From positions 32,501 through 96,500 of the forward strand of contig JAQBGU010000209.1 of NCBI GenBank assembly GCA_032128375.1: a stretch of 64,000 bases of DNA, given 5' to 3'. Source of the stretch: Deltaproteobacteria bacterium (lineage in GTDB: Bacteria > Myxococcota_A > UBA9160 > SMWR01). The notes beneath the pieces are model-generated. The model had not been told where the DNA came from. It searched no databases and was given only the letters and a program-made list of their open reading frames with translations. Of the stretch, positions 9,129-18,338 are shown one piece after another; the stretch's first letter is position 1, and every line of letters starts with the position of its first letter. The translations under genes were made by a program, and so were the position numbers.

Positions 9129-9989
9129 GTGAAACAACCGAAGATTCGCCGGGTGGCTGGCGCCGATGGGATCACACTGAATCTGCTCGAATGGAGTGCC
9201 GACGGGATTTCGCTGCTGTTATTACACGGCTTCGGCAACGAGGCACACATTTGGGACGACTACGCACCCGAAGTCGCACCCTGCTACGCGACGATTGCGC
9301 TCGACCACCGCGGTCACGGTGACTCTGATTGGGATCCACAGGGCCGCTACGGCCACAACGACATGGTCCGCGATGTCGAGGCGGCCACCGAAGCGCTGGG
9401 GATCGATCGCCTGGTGGTGATCGGGCACTCACTCGGGGGACGCATCGCGACGATCTTTGCCGGACGCAATCCAGAGCGGCTCGCCGGGCTCGTCATCGTC
9501 GACATCGGTCCCGAAGTCGACGCGCGTGGCACCACTCGGATCCGCCAGGACATCGAATCGAATCAAACCCCCAGTTTTGCCAACGTCGAGCAGTACGCCG
9601 CGGCTCTATCGCTCGCCTACCCGGCCGCCAGGCCTCACACGCTGATGAGAATGGCCCGCCACGGCCTGCGAGAAAGCGAGGACGGCAAGCTGGTACTGAA
9701 GATCGACCCTGCGCTTCGCGGAGTCATTTCCCAAGGTACGCCGAGTGTCATCGAAGCAGACGTCACCTCTCCCGAAGCACAATGGGAAGCGCTGGGAAAG
9801 ATCACGTGCCCGACGCTGGTGGTGCGCGGTGCCGCATCGGACATACTTTCGCCGGAGATCGCCGACAAGATGGTGGATGAAGTATTGGCGAACGGAAAAC
9901 TCGCGGTTGTTGCCCAGGCCGGACACTCCGTGATGACCGACAACCCGGACGGTTTCCGGGACGCGGTCAACGAATTCGTGCTGGCGTGA
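9129..9989 (+). CDS. Alpha/beta hydrolase
   Basis: LLHGFG, DHRGHGDS, GHSLGG nucleophile elbow, AGHSV; GGAG RBS before GTG 9129 (alternative ATG 9105). Confidence 0.9.
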   Translation: MKQPKIRRVAGADGITLNLLEWSADGISLLLLHGFGNEAHIWDDYAPEVAPCYATIALDHRGHGDSDWDPQGRYGHNDMVRDVEAATEALGIDRLVVIGHSLGGRIATIFAGRNPERLAGLVIVDIGPEVDARGTTRIRQDIESNQTPSFANVEQYAAALSLAYPAARPHTLMRMARHGLRESEDGKLVLKIDPALRGVISQGTPSVIEADVTSPEAQWEALGKITCPTLVVRGAASDILSPEIADKMVDEVLANGKLAVVAQAGHSVMTDNPDGFRDAVNEFVLA

Positions 9990-9999
9990 TCAGAATGGG

Positions 10000-12705
10000 T
10001 TAGGCGGCCCGTTCGACCGAGTTGACCAGCTTCGGCCGGCCCGGGCGAAGGGGGATCAGCGCGGGCAACACGATCAGGTTGCACACAATCGTAAAGCCGA
10101 CCCCCAACGTCAGCAGCTGGCCGAGCGTCGCCATGCCCAAGTGAGTCGCGAATCCCAGGCTGCCGAAACTCGCGATCGTCGTCATCGCGCTGAACGCTAC
10201 CGCGCGCGCCGTACTCGTCCTCAGCAGATTCGAATCGCCGGGAGCGCCCACACGGGCGCGGTGTACCAAATGAATGCCGCTATCGACACCAATGCCGAGC
10301 AACAACGGCAGCACGATCACATCCGCAAAGTTGAACGGAATGTCAAACAATACCGCTGCGGCAACGGTCAACGCAGAGGCCAATAGCAGCGGGATCAACA
10401 CGAGCGCGGTGTCGTCGATGCGCCTCCACAAGAACAACAAGAAGGCGGTGATCACGATGAAGGCGGATACCAGCGCCTCGGTCAACGCGGCAACGACTGC
10501 TTGCCCGGATGCCAGGATTTCGGATGCGGAGCCAGCCACTTCGGGCGTAATCGTTTGGACGTTCTCCACGAACGCGGCCAGCGCAGCGTGATCGTTGAGA
10601 TCCTCGCGGGGATAAATTTGAATTCGCACGCGACCGTCGGAGGTGATCATCCGTTCGAGGATCGCCTCGGGAAGTTTTTCGAGCGTAACGTGGCCCGCAT
10701 CGAGTGCTTCGTCGAGTGTTCGGAGCTGTTCCGGAAGCGTGCCGAGCACGCTGTCCTCGAGCGCTGCAATTTCGCTTTCCGCATCACGCGAGGAGGCGAT
10801 CCGATCGAGGTAGCTGCCGAGCGCGGTATGCAGCTTCGCTGCGCTGGTCACGAGGGGGCCATCTGAGGATTCTTCGAGCAGACGTTCCATTTCCCGGTCG
10901 AGATCTTCGAGTCCAGCGATCTGCTCGGCGAGCTCGGGTGATGGAACGCGGCCGTCCGGCCCCGGCGGCGGCGCCAGAAACATCGCGACGTCCTCGATGA
11001 TCCCCAGCTTCTGTTCCTGGTCGGATGGTACATAGTCGGCAACTGTGACGACCCGCTCCACCACATCGAGGCCGCGCAACCGCTCAGCGAGCAACTCGGC
11101 AGACTCGAGGCTCGGGGCCACCGCGTTCAGCGTCCACGGCGACGAGCTGCCCTTCTCGAGAAGTTCATTGAACGTCCGGACCGATTCGCTGGACGGATCG
11201 CGCACGTTGAGCGGATTGTTGTCGAACCGCGCTCGCGGCAACAGCACCATCGCACACAAACCCATCAGCAAGGCTGTGCTGCGCACCGCTCGCGGATGGC
11301 GGATCGGCAGACTCACCAGTCCCCCACCAGACCAGACGACCGAGGCGACGACGCCCCGACCGGCTGGAACCGGCGGCAAGCTCATCAGCGCCGGCAGCAG
11401 CGTGAGCGAACAAAACAGACTGACGAACATCCCGACGCCGGAGATCAGCCCGAGTTCTGCGACTCCTACGAAATCCGTAGGAACGAACGCAAAGAAACCG
11501 ATCGCCGTGGTGATCGCACAAATGAATATCGAGCTGCCGACGTCGCGAGCGGTCTCTGACAACGCCTCGTCGTGCTCGCGGCCGCTGGCCATCAATTCGC
11601 GGTATCGAATGCAGATGTGAATACCGAAGTCCACACCGAGTCCAATAAACAAGACCGCGAAAGTCACCGAGATCATATTGAGGTGACCGATTGCTACGGC
11701 CGCGAAGCCGGCGGTCCAGACCAGCCCAACGACGAGTGTGACCAGCGTCGAAAGAACGAGATGAATCGAGCGGAGTCCCAGCATCAGGATCACCGCCACC
11801 ATCACCAACGACGCGACACCGGCGGCGCCGGCTTGCGCGCTAACGGTTTGCATCTCCTCGAACGACAGCGCGACGTCACCGGTGATCCGGACCGTCACGT
11901 CAGAATCGCCTGTGAACCCGAGATCTCGGGCGATCTCGCGGACCGCCAGGATGGATCGTTTGGCGGGTTGCAGCTCGTTGAACTCGAGCACAGGTTGTAC
12001 GAGCAGGAAACGCCTGCGCGAATCGACATCGAAGTCTCTCTGGGCGAGCACTTCAGCCCACGACAACGAAAACGGCCGACCCTCGAGCCGTGCGGCAATC
12101 GCATCGGCGACTCGGTCGAACAGCGATCGCAGCTGGTCGCTGGTTACGTCGCCTTCGCGCACCGCGCGCCCACCGCGCGCCATCATCGAAGCCAGACCGC
12201 GAAGTGTCCCGTCACGAGAGAGCTCGGCCAGGTACGGTTGGGCGCCCGCCAAGTTATCTGCGAGGTCTTCGAGTTCCTCGGTTTCCAGATACAGGAAAGC
12301 GTGGTTCTCGAAAAATTCCCCGCCGCCGGGCAGGTAAGCGCCATGAAACAGCCGCGGCTCGGCCTCCAGCCGGGCTGCCAATGCCGCTGCCGCCTCACCT
12401 GCGCGTTCGGGCGTCGCCGCGTCGACCACGACGAACATGTTCTCGTACAAGATGGGAAACGCATCGTGGTATTGGCGTTCGATCCGCTTGAACGGAAGGT
12501 CTTGCGAGAACAACGACTCCGTATCGCCGTGGACACCCAAATGGCCAGAGATATAGAATACGATGCCGATCGTCAGCAGCAGCATGCCCACGGTCACCCA
12601 GACCGCGAATCGGCTCACCACATTCACCCACGCCGCGAGCCCTCGCCCGATTGCGTCCTCTATCGAACCTTTCACAGTCGACGCGTCTCCCGGAGACCGG
12701 CGCAT
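10000..12705 (-). CDS. hpnN: MMPL/RND lipid transporter, HpnN-like
   Basis: Two RND repeats with FAVLFIGLGVDFGIH and LPLLLGIGVDSGIH; large periplasmic loops; TGDVALSFEE. Confidence 0.85.
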   Translation of the reverse strand: MRRSPGDASTVKGSIEDAIGRGLAAWVNVVSRFAVWVTVGMLLLTIGIVFYISGHLGVHGDTESLFSQDLPFKRIERQYHDAFPILYENMFVVVDAATPERAGEAAAALAARLEAEPRLFHGAYLPGGGEFFENHAFLYLETEELEDLADNLAGAQPYLAELSRDGTLRGLASMMARGGRAVREGDVTSDQLRSLFDRVADAIAARLEGRPFSLSWAEVLAQRDFDVDSRRRFLLVQPVLEFNELQPAKRSILAVREIARDLGFTGDSDVTVRITGDVALSFEEMQTVSAQAGAAGVASLVMVAVILMLGLRSIHLVLSTLVTLVVGLVWTAGFAAVAIGHLNMISVTFAVLFIGLGVDFGIHICIRYRELMASGREHDEALSETARDVGSSIFICAITTAIGFFAFVPTDFVGVAELGLISGVGMFVSLFCSLTLLPALMSLPPVPAGRGVVASVVWSGGGLVSLPIRHPRAVRSTALLMGLCAMVLLPRARFDNNPLNVRDPSSESVRTFNELLEKGSSSPWTLNAVAPSLESAELLAERLRGLDVVERVVTVADYVPSDQEQKLGIIEDVAMFLAPPPGPDGRVPSPELAEQIAGLEDLDREMERLLEESSDGPLVTSAAKLHTALGSYLDRIASSRDAESEIAALEDSVLGTLPEQLRTLDEALDAGHVTLEKLPEAILERMITSDGRVRIQIYPREDLNDHAALAAFVENVQTITPEVAGSASEILASGQAVVAALTEALVSAFIVITAFLLFLWRRIDDTALVLIPLLLASALTVAAAVLFDIPFNFADVIVLPLLLGIGVDSGIHLVHRARVGAPGDSNLLRTSTARAVAFSAMTTIASFGSLGFATHLGMATLGQLLTLGVGFTIVCNLIVLPALIPLRPGRPKLVNSVERAA

Positions 12706-12902
12706 TTGTGTGACATCGGCGAACCAAGTTGGAATAGGGGGTACCGGAGTCTACCCGATGATGGCCGACTGGTCTTCGGATCCGTAGACTCATCTCCAAC
12801 AGTCACAGCGGGCCAAGACACAGAGTCGGGAGCGAGCGCGTTGCTGGACCGCCCCTGACCGGGACTCGACAAGCCGAGCGTACGAAACGGTAGGAGAAAT
12901 TC

Positions 12903-13565
12903 GTGGGTCAGCTAACGAACGAGCGCGATGCTTACCTTGCCGGCCTTGCCGTATGTGTGTCGTTGGCGTTGGGGGTAGCGGGAGTCTCGTCCGCCGACCA
13001 GGCGGGCCCCACAAAGCAGCCCGGCGAAATCGTCGACTCGCTGCACAACGAACTGCTCGGTGTGATGAAGGAAGCTGACACGCTCGGCTACAAAGGTCGC
13101 TTTTCGCGTCTGAAACCCGTGCTCGACGAACTGTTTGATATCCCGTTCATGGCCAAAAAGTCCGTCGGTCGCCACTGGAAGACCATCGATGATCAGCAGC
13201 AGGCGCGCTTGTTGGCGACCTTCGAGCGCTTTACCGTCGCCAACTACGCTGGACGCTTCTCCGATTACTCGGACCAGTACTTCGAAACGCTCAAGGTCGC
13301 TGAGTCGACCCACGGGACGTTTCTTGTGAACACCAAACTCGTCACGCCGAATGGCGAAACCGTGCAGCTCAATTACCGGCTCCGGCCGGTCGACGACAGT
13401 TGGCGCATCATCGACGTCTATTTGAACGGAACAGTCAGCGAGCTGGCGCTTCGCCGATCGGAGTATTCTTCGCTGATTCAGCGGGAAGGTTTTGATGCGC
13501 TCCTGACAGCTCTCGACGAACGCATCTCGGATCTCGAGTCAGAGAGTTCAGAGAGCCCTTCTTAG
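12903..13565 (+). CDS. hpnM: MlaC/Ttg2D-family periplasmic lipid-binding protein, HpnM-like
   Basis: Signal peptide; FDIPFMAKKSVGRHW, VANYAGRF, WRIIDVYLNGTVSELALRRSEY; divergent from the hpnN-like gene. Confidence 0.78.
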   Translation: MGQLTNERDAYLAGLAVCVSLALGVAGVSSADQAGPTKQPGEIVDSLHNELLGVMKEADTLGYKGRFSRLKPVLDELFDIPFMAKKSVGRHWKTIDDQQQARLLATFERFTVANYAGRFSDYSDQYFETLKVAESTHGTFLVNTKLVTPNGETVQLNYRLRPVDDSWRIIDVYLNGTVSELALRRSEYSSLIQREGFDALLTALDERISDLESESSESPS

Positions 13566-13575
13566 ACCCTAGCGA

Positions 13576-14499
13576 CTATTCGAACCCGCGCGCGCTCGGC
13601 AGTTCGACTTCAGCCCTCCGATTCTGGATGTACGCGCTGCGCAGAGCTGCATAATAGTCCACTGATGACCCCTCGAGCGCCTCCATCGCTGCAGCGTTGG
13701 TCTCTAATTCAACGAAGCCGCGACCGCCACCGAGGAACAGGTTCAGACTCGGCCCCACCAGGTACGTGAGCGGTTGGAACATGATATCGACGATGCCGCC
13801 CAATCCGTCGCGCACGGTGTTGGGGCCCAGAATCGGGACCACGAGATACGGCCCAGTATCGACACCGATACGCGCAAGGGTCTGGCCGAAATCTGCCGAA
13901 TGATGTTTCCAACCGGCCTCGACGGCGACATCGAACAGACCGCCGAAACCGATCGTGGAGTTGAGCAGGAAGCGGCCCAGGGTCTCGCCGGCGTCCTTGA
14001 CGCGAAACTGCAGCAGGTCGTTGACCAAGGTCGATGGCGAATTGAGGTTGATCAAAATTCGACGCACCCCCTTGCGGGCCGGTTCGGGGACCACGAACTG
14101 GTAGCTCTTGGTAATGGGAGACAGCACCATTCGGTGCATGCCCCGATTGAATTTGAAGAGCACGCGATTCAAATTTTCGAACGGGTCGGGTACGGTCTGT
14201 TTGTCTCCGGACTCGATGGCCTCGTCGAACTCCGCATCCAGCAGCGGATCCTCGATGGTGGCGATCTCAACCACGGGTACATCAGAAGCACCGGCGGCCG
14301 GCGGGACCGGGGCGAGCGAGCCCCGTGCGGGTTCGCTCGCGACCACGGAATTCTCAGAGGCGTCGTTGGCCAGCGAGACCGGAGGGAGCGACCGCTGCGC
14401 GGGTTCCGCCGATCCGCTCTCGATCGCGCCCGCCGAGGCTAGCAGCGGGACTGCCATCAGCAGCACGAGCATCACCCAGGCCCGCAGTGCCTTACTCAT
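13576..14499 (-). CDS. mlaA: VacJ/MlaA-family outer-membrane lipid asymmetry protein
   Basis: DPFENLNR..FKFN, RFLLNSTIGFGGLFDVA, DFGQTL, GPYLVVPILGPNTVRD, DYYAALRSAYIQNR. Confidence 0.9.
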   Translation of the reverse strand: MSKALRAWVMLVLLMAVPLLASAGAIESGSAEPAQRSLPPVSLANDASENSVVASEPARGSLAPVPPAAGASDVPVVEIATIEDPLLDAEFDEAIESGDKQTVPDPFENLNRVLFKFNRGMHRMVLSPITKSYQFVVPEPARKGVRRILINLNSPSTLVNDLLQFRVKDAGETLGRFLLNSTIGFGGLFDVAVEAGWKHHSADFGQTLARIGVDTGPYLVVPILGPNTVRDGLGGIVDIMFQPLTYLVGPSLNLFLGGGRGFVELETNAAAMEALEGSSVDYYAALRSAYIQNRRAEVELPSARGFE

Positions 14500-14924
14500 C
14501 AGATATTCTCCAGGCTCCAGAATAATGGAGAGGGTCTGCAGGTGAATTTGCGCAAGCGGGGAGAACTCTCACGCTGGTCGCTAGAGAGTTCCGGGAGCTT
14601 AGGGCGGGCACGCGCGCGGGTCCAGCGAATCGGGGGTCAGTCCAGCGATTCGCGTGGGTTGCTCCCCGCGGGGTCCAGATCCGGTGACATGGGTCGAATC
14701 GCTCGGTAAGCTCCGGGCCGTCGCGGCAGATATCCGACCCGGCGACAAGCAACGTGCTCCGCCCCCCAGCAAAGGACTCACTCCCACATCAAGGTACGCC
14801 GAAAAGGTACGTCGACAAGCAAGTTGCGACGTACCTGGCGGAATCGAATCAGACAGCAGGTTCGCGTTCCAGATTGGGATTTCCGGTCACAGAATCAAAA
14901 AGACAGACCTAGGAGGGCCATCGA

Positions 14925-16121
14925 GTGGACATCTTTCAGAAGTGTCGAGACTCGGCCAGCTACTACGCTCAGGTTCGCAACGAAGGAATCTACCCGTACT
15001 ACCGAACGATCTCTTCCGGACAAGATCCTGTCGTCACGGTTGGAAACGACGAACTCGTCATGCTGGGCTCGAATAACTACCTCGGGCTGACAAATCACCC
15101 CGAGGTGAAAGAGGCGGCGACGGTTGCGTTGGCAATCTACGGGACCGGCTGCGCCGGATCGCGCCTACTCAATGGCACGCTCGACCTACACTTGGAGCTC
15201 GAGGGTCGCCTCGCTGCTTTTCTGGGTCGCGAAGACGCGCTCGTGTTCTCGACCGGCTTCCAAGCAAATCTCGGCGTTCTTTCGTGTCTACTGGGACGGT
15301 CGGACATGGTGTTCCTCGATGCGCTCGATCACGCGAGCATCATCGATGGCTGTCGATTGGGATTCGCCAGACGCTACAAGTACCGCCACAACGACATGGC
15401 CGATCTGGAAAAGCGCCTCGAGAATACCTGCAACACGGGCAATGACGACAAGGCGAAGCTCATCGTCGTCGATGGCGTGTTCTCGATGGAGGGCGACCTG
15501 GCAGACCTCCCGTCGTTGGTGCGCCTGAAAAACCAGTATGGGGCCCGGTTGATGGTCGACGACGCTCACGGACTCGGCGTTTTCGGAACGCATGGGCGCG
15601 GCAGTGCTGAGCACTTCGGCGTCGAAAATGAAGTCGATCTTCTGATGGGGACGTTTTCGAAGTCGTTGGCGACCGTCGGCGGCTTCATTTGCGGCGACGC
15701 GGTGATCATCGACTACATCCGCCACGAGGCGCGGGCAGCGATCTTCTCCGCAGCGCCCCCGCCGCCCTCGGTTGCTGCGGCGATCAAAGCACTCGAAATC
15801 GTCGAGCGCGAGCCGGAGCGGCGCAAGCAGCTTTGGGAGAACACGGAATTCATGAGAAGGGAACTCACGGGACTCGGATACGACACCGGCGGCTCGCAGT
15901 CGCCTGTCATCCCGCTGGTGATCGGCGAGGATCTCGATGCATTCAAGATGACGGCCAAGCTGCAACAAGCGGGCGTCTTCGCGAACCCGGTGGTTTCCCC
16001 GGCGGTGCCACCTGGACGCTCCATGATGCGCACCTCCTATATGGCGACCCACACCATGGAGCAACTCGAACGCTCGCTCGAAGCATTCGCTTCGGTGGGC
16101 CGTGAGATGGGCATCATCTGA
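14925..16121 (+). CDS. spt: PLP-dependent alpha-oxoamine synthase, probably serine palmitoyltransferase
   Basis: GSNNYLGL, GCAGSRLLNGT, DHASIIDG, DGVFSMEGD, DDAHG, GTFSKS (PLP Lys); N-terminal YPYYRTI resembles bacterial SPT rather than BioF; GGAGG RBS. Confidence 0.7.
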   Translation: MDIFQKCRDSASYYAQVRNEGIYPYYRTISSGQDPVVTVGNDELVMLGSNNYLGLTNHPEVKEAATVALAIYGTGCAGSRLLNGTLDLHLELEGRLAAFLGREDALVFSTGFQANLGVLSCLLGRSDMVFLDALDHASIIDGCRLGFARRYKYRHNDMADLEKRLENTCNTGNDDKAKLIVVDGVFSMEGDLADLPSLVRLKNQYGARLMVDDAHGLGVFGTHGRGSAEHFGVENEVDLLMGTFSKSLATVGGFICGDAVIIDYIRHEARAAIFSAAPPPPSVAAAIKALEIVEREPERRKQLWENTEFMRRELTGLGYDTGGSQSPVIPLVIGEDLDAFKMTAKLQQAGVFANPVVSPAVPPGRSMMRTSYMATHTMEQLERSLEAFASVGREMGII

Positions 16122-16212
16122 CGCTTGGCGGGCCGAGTGGCTCACCCGAAAATTGGCGCCCAGCGCAAGGCCCCTGACGCCCTCGCCAGCGCTCAGTTCC
16201 CTGAAGCGCGCG

Positions 16213-17106
16213 TCAAGCCCGGCGGATCGACTCGCGGCCGGCGAAATCGTCAATGAATTGGCGTGCCGTTCGGCCCGATCGACTGGAACGCCGCAGTGCC
16301 CAGCGCAGCGCTTCTTCCCGCAACTCGGACGCGGGTGCTCGGATGCCCAGCTTCGCCGCGTAGTGGGAAACAATCGCGAGATAGGTGTCCTGCGTAAACG
16401 CGTAGAACCCGAGCGCGAGCCCGAATCGGTCGGAAAGTGCCAGTTTTTCGTCGATCGCCTCACCGAGCTGGAGTTCACCCTGGTTGTCGAGTCGAACTGA
16501 CTCGTTTTGCACGCCGGTCTCGGGCAACAGATGCCTGCGATTGCTGGTAGCGATGATTCGGACGTTGTCAGGAGGAGACACCAGGCTGCCCTCGAGCGCC
16601 GCCTTCAGCGCGCGATAGTCGGACTCGCCGGCATCGAACGAGAGATCGTCGCAGAACAGCAAGAAGCGATACGGGGCACCTCGCAACGCGGCGAGCACTG
16701 AGGGCAGATCCATCAGGTCGGATTTCTGAACCTCGATCATGCGCATCCCGCGGCTCGCGAAGCGGGGCAGCAAGCCCTTGACTGCTGACGACTTGCCGGT
16801 GCCTCGCTCCCCGTACAGCAAAACGTGATTGGAGGGAAAGCCAGCGACGAATTGCTCGATGTTCTCGACCAACAACGTTACCGAGCGATCCACCCCGATC
16901 AGGTCCTCGAGGTCGAACTCGATCGGTTCCTCGATCGCGAGCACACGTCCGCGCCCGCGGCGCGATTCCCAGCGAAACGCGCGGTACCGAGCGAACATCT
17001 CCTGGTTCGGGGGCTCACCGGCGAGGTCCGAAAGAACCTGCTCGGCAAGTCGGAAAATCCGGCCAAGCCGAAACCAGCGTCTCTGTTGGCTTGTATTCCG
17101 GTTCAC
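16213..17106 (-). CDS. DUF815-family AAA+ ATPase
   Basis: GERGTGKSS Walker A, FCDDLSF, ATSNRRHL, LSDRFGL, SRSGRTARQF. Confidence 0.9.
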   Translation of the reverse strand: MNRNTSQQRRWFRLGRIFRLAEQVLSDLAGEPPNQEMFARYRAFRWESRRGRGRVLAIEEPIEFDLEDLIGVDRSVTLLVENIEQFVAGFPSNHVLLYGERGTGKSSAVKGLLPRFASRGMRMIEVQKSDLMDLPSVLAALRGAPYRFLLFCDDLSFDAGESDYRALKAALEGSLVSPPDNVRIIATSNRRHLLPETGVQNESVRLDNQGELQLGEAIDEKLALSDRFGLALGFYAFTQDTYLAIVSHYAAKLGIRAPASELREEALRWALRRSSRSGRTARQFIDDFAGRESIRRA

Positions 17107-17185
17107 TTTTCCTTTTGACCCATGCTGGCGGATTGTAGACTGAGGCAGGCGACCGCGCGCCTGGTCGGTTACTTCGGAGCTTTTC

Positions 17186-17413
17186 GTGACGGACTTCCAA
17201 TCCCCAGGAGCAGATGAACGCGCCCGGGTGGGGCTGTGCTGTGACTGTCGCCAGGCATCGGCTCAGACGAGCGCACGCGGTAGTGCGTTCTGGCGATGTC
17301 GACTCTCTGAGACGAATTCGAAATTCATGCGGTACCCGCCGCTACCGATGCATGCGTGCGAGGGATTCGAACCCAGTTGCGATCGCAGGCCCGACGGCAA
17401 TCCTCATTCCTGA
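17186..17413 (+). CDS. Small Cys-rich hypothetical protein (putative metal binding)
   Basis: GLCCDCR...SARGSAFWRC...RYPPLP..AC.GFE pattern; GGAG upstream. Confidence 0.6.
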   Translation: MTDFQSPGADERARVGLCCDCRQASAQTSARGSAFWRCRLSETNSKFMRYPPLPMHACEGFEPSCDRRPDGNPHS

Positions 17414-18015
17414 TCGATTTTCCAACGCTCCGGAAGAGGCTGACCGATGATCTCCAAGAAGCTCTCCAGGAAACGGTAAGTGAGACCCCAGACGACATGC
17501 CGGCCCGGCTCGCCGACCAGAATGCCGGGGAAACGGTTCCGGGTTCCACGCACCACCGGGTGCTCGATATGGAATCGCGAATCCAGAAGCGATTCGACCG
17601 GAAACCAAAAAGTCTGACGAACCTCGTGGTTCGGAACGAGCGGTTGCGGCTCGGTGACGTGAAAAACGAATGCCGAGACAACCAGTTCGCGAGCCGTCCC
17701 CGGCAGGCCTGGCGAATCGTCCAGCTGGCCGAGTAGCTCACTGTCGTCCAGTGAAAGCCCCACTTCCTCGAGCGTCTCGCGTTGTGCCGCGGCCTGGGGG
17801 CTCGCGTCAGTATCATCGACGCGACCTCCCGGGAATGCCATCTGGCCGGACCACGGATCGTCTTGCCGGTTGGCCCGCTCGATGAACAAGACCTGGAGCT
17901 CGCCCAAATGCTCGCAGAGCGCGATCGCCACCGCCGCGCGGCGTTTGGGCGGATCGGAGACGATTTGGGGTCGATACTGCGCCAATGCGCTGCGGATCTT
18001 GTCGATCGGTGCCAT
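17404..18015 (-). CDS. Nudix hydrolase, CoA pyrophosphatase (NudL-like)
   Basis: DPWSGQMAFPGG and AAAQRETLEEVG Nudix box; VVWGLT. Confidence 0.9.
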   Translation of the reverse strand: MAPIDKIRSALAQYRPQIVSDPPKRRAAVAIALCEHLGELQVLFIERANRQDDPWSGQMAFPGGRVDDTDASPQAAAQRETLEEVGLSLDDSELLGQLDDSPGLPGTARELVVSAFVFHVTEPQPLVPNHEVRQTFWFPVESLLDSRFHIEHPVVRGTRNRFPGILVGEPGRHVVWGLTYRFLESFLEIIGQPLPERWKIDQE

Positions 18016-18247
18016 GGCTCGAAGATACTCGACCCGGCAGCAGCAGGCCGCGCGCGAGCCCAGAGCCCACATACCTGCCTCTTCAGTTTTGTAGAGAGAG
18101 CCGAAGCCAAGTCGCAAAACCGCATTTCCAGGTCACCGAACGACAGACAATCGGCGGAACTTCCAGTACAACCCAGGCTTCGGAGCAAAAGGTTAGTCAG
18201 CGGCGAAGACGCGGGCTCGCGGACGGGCTGCTAAGGTATGCAGGCGG

Positions 18248-18284
18248 CGCCCGATTCGCGGACGCGCCGCCCGATTCGCGGACG
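18248..18284. repeat. 17-bp direct repeat, two copies, 20-bp period
   Basis: CGCCCGATTCGCGGACG at 18248 and 18268. Confidence 0.85.
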
Positions 18285-18338
18285 ATGCGATCGACACGCC
18301 TACCGTTGAACACGGATCGGCGAGCGGGGCCGGCAACG

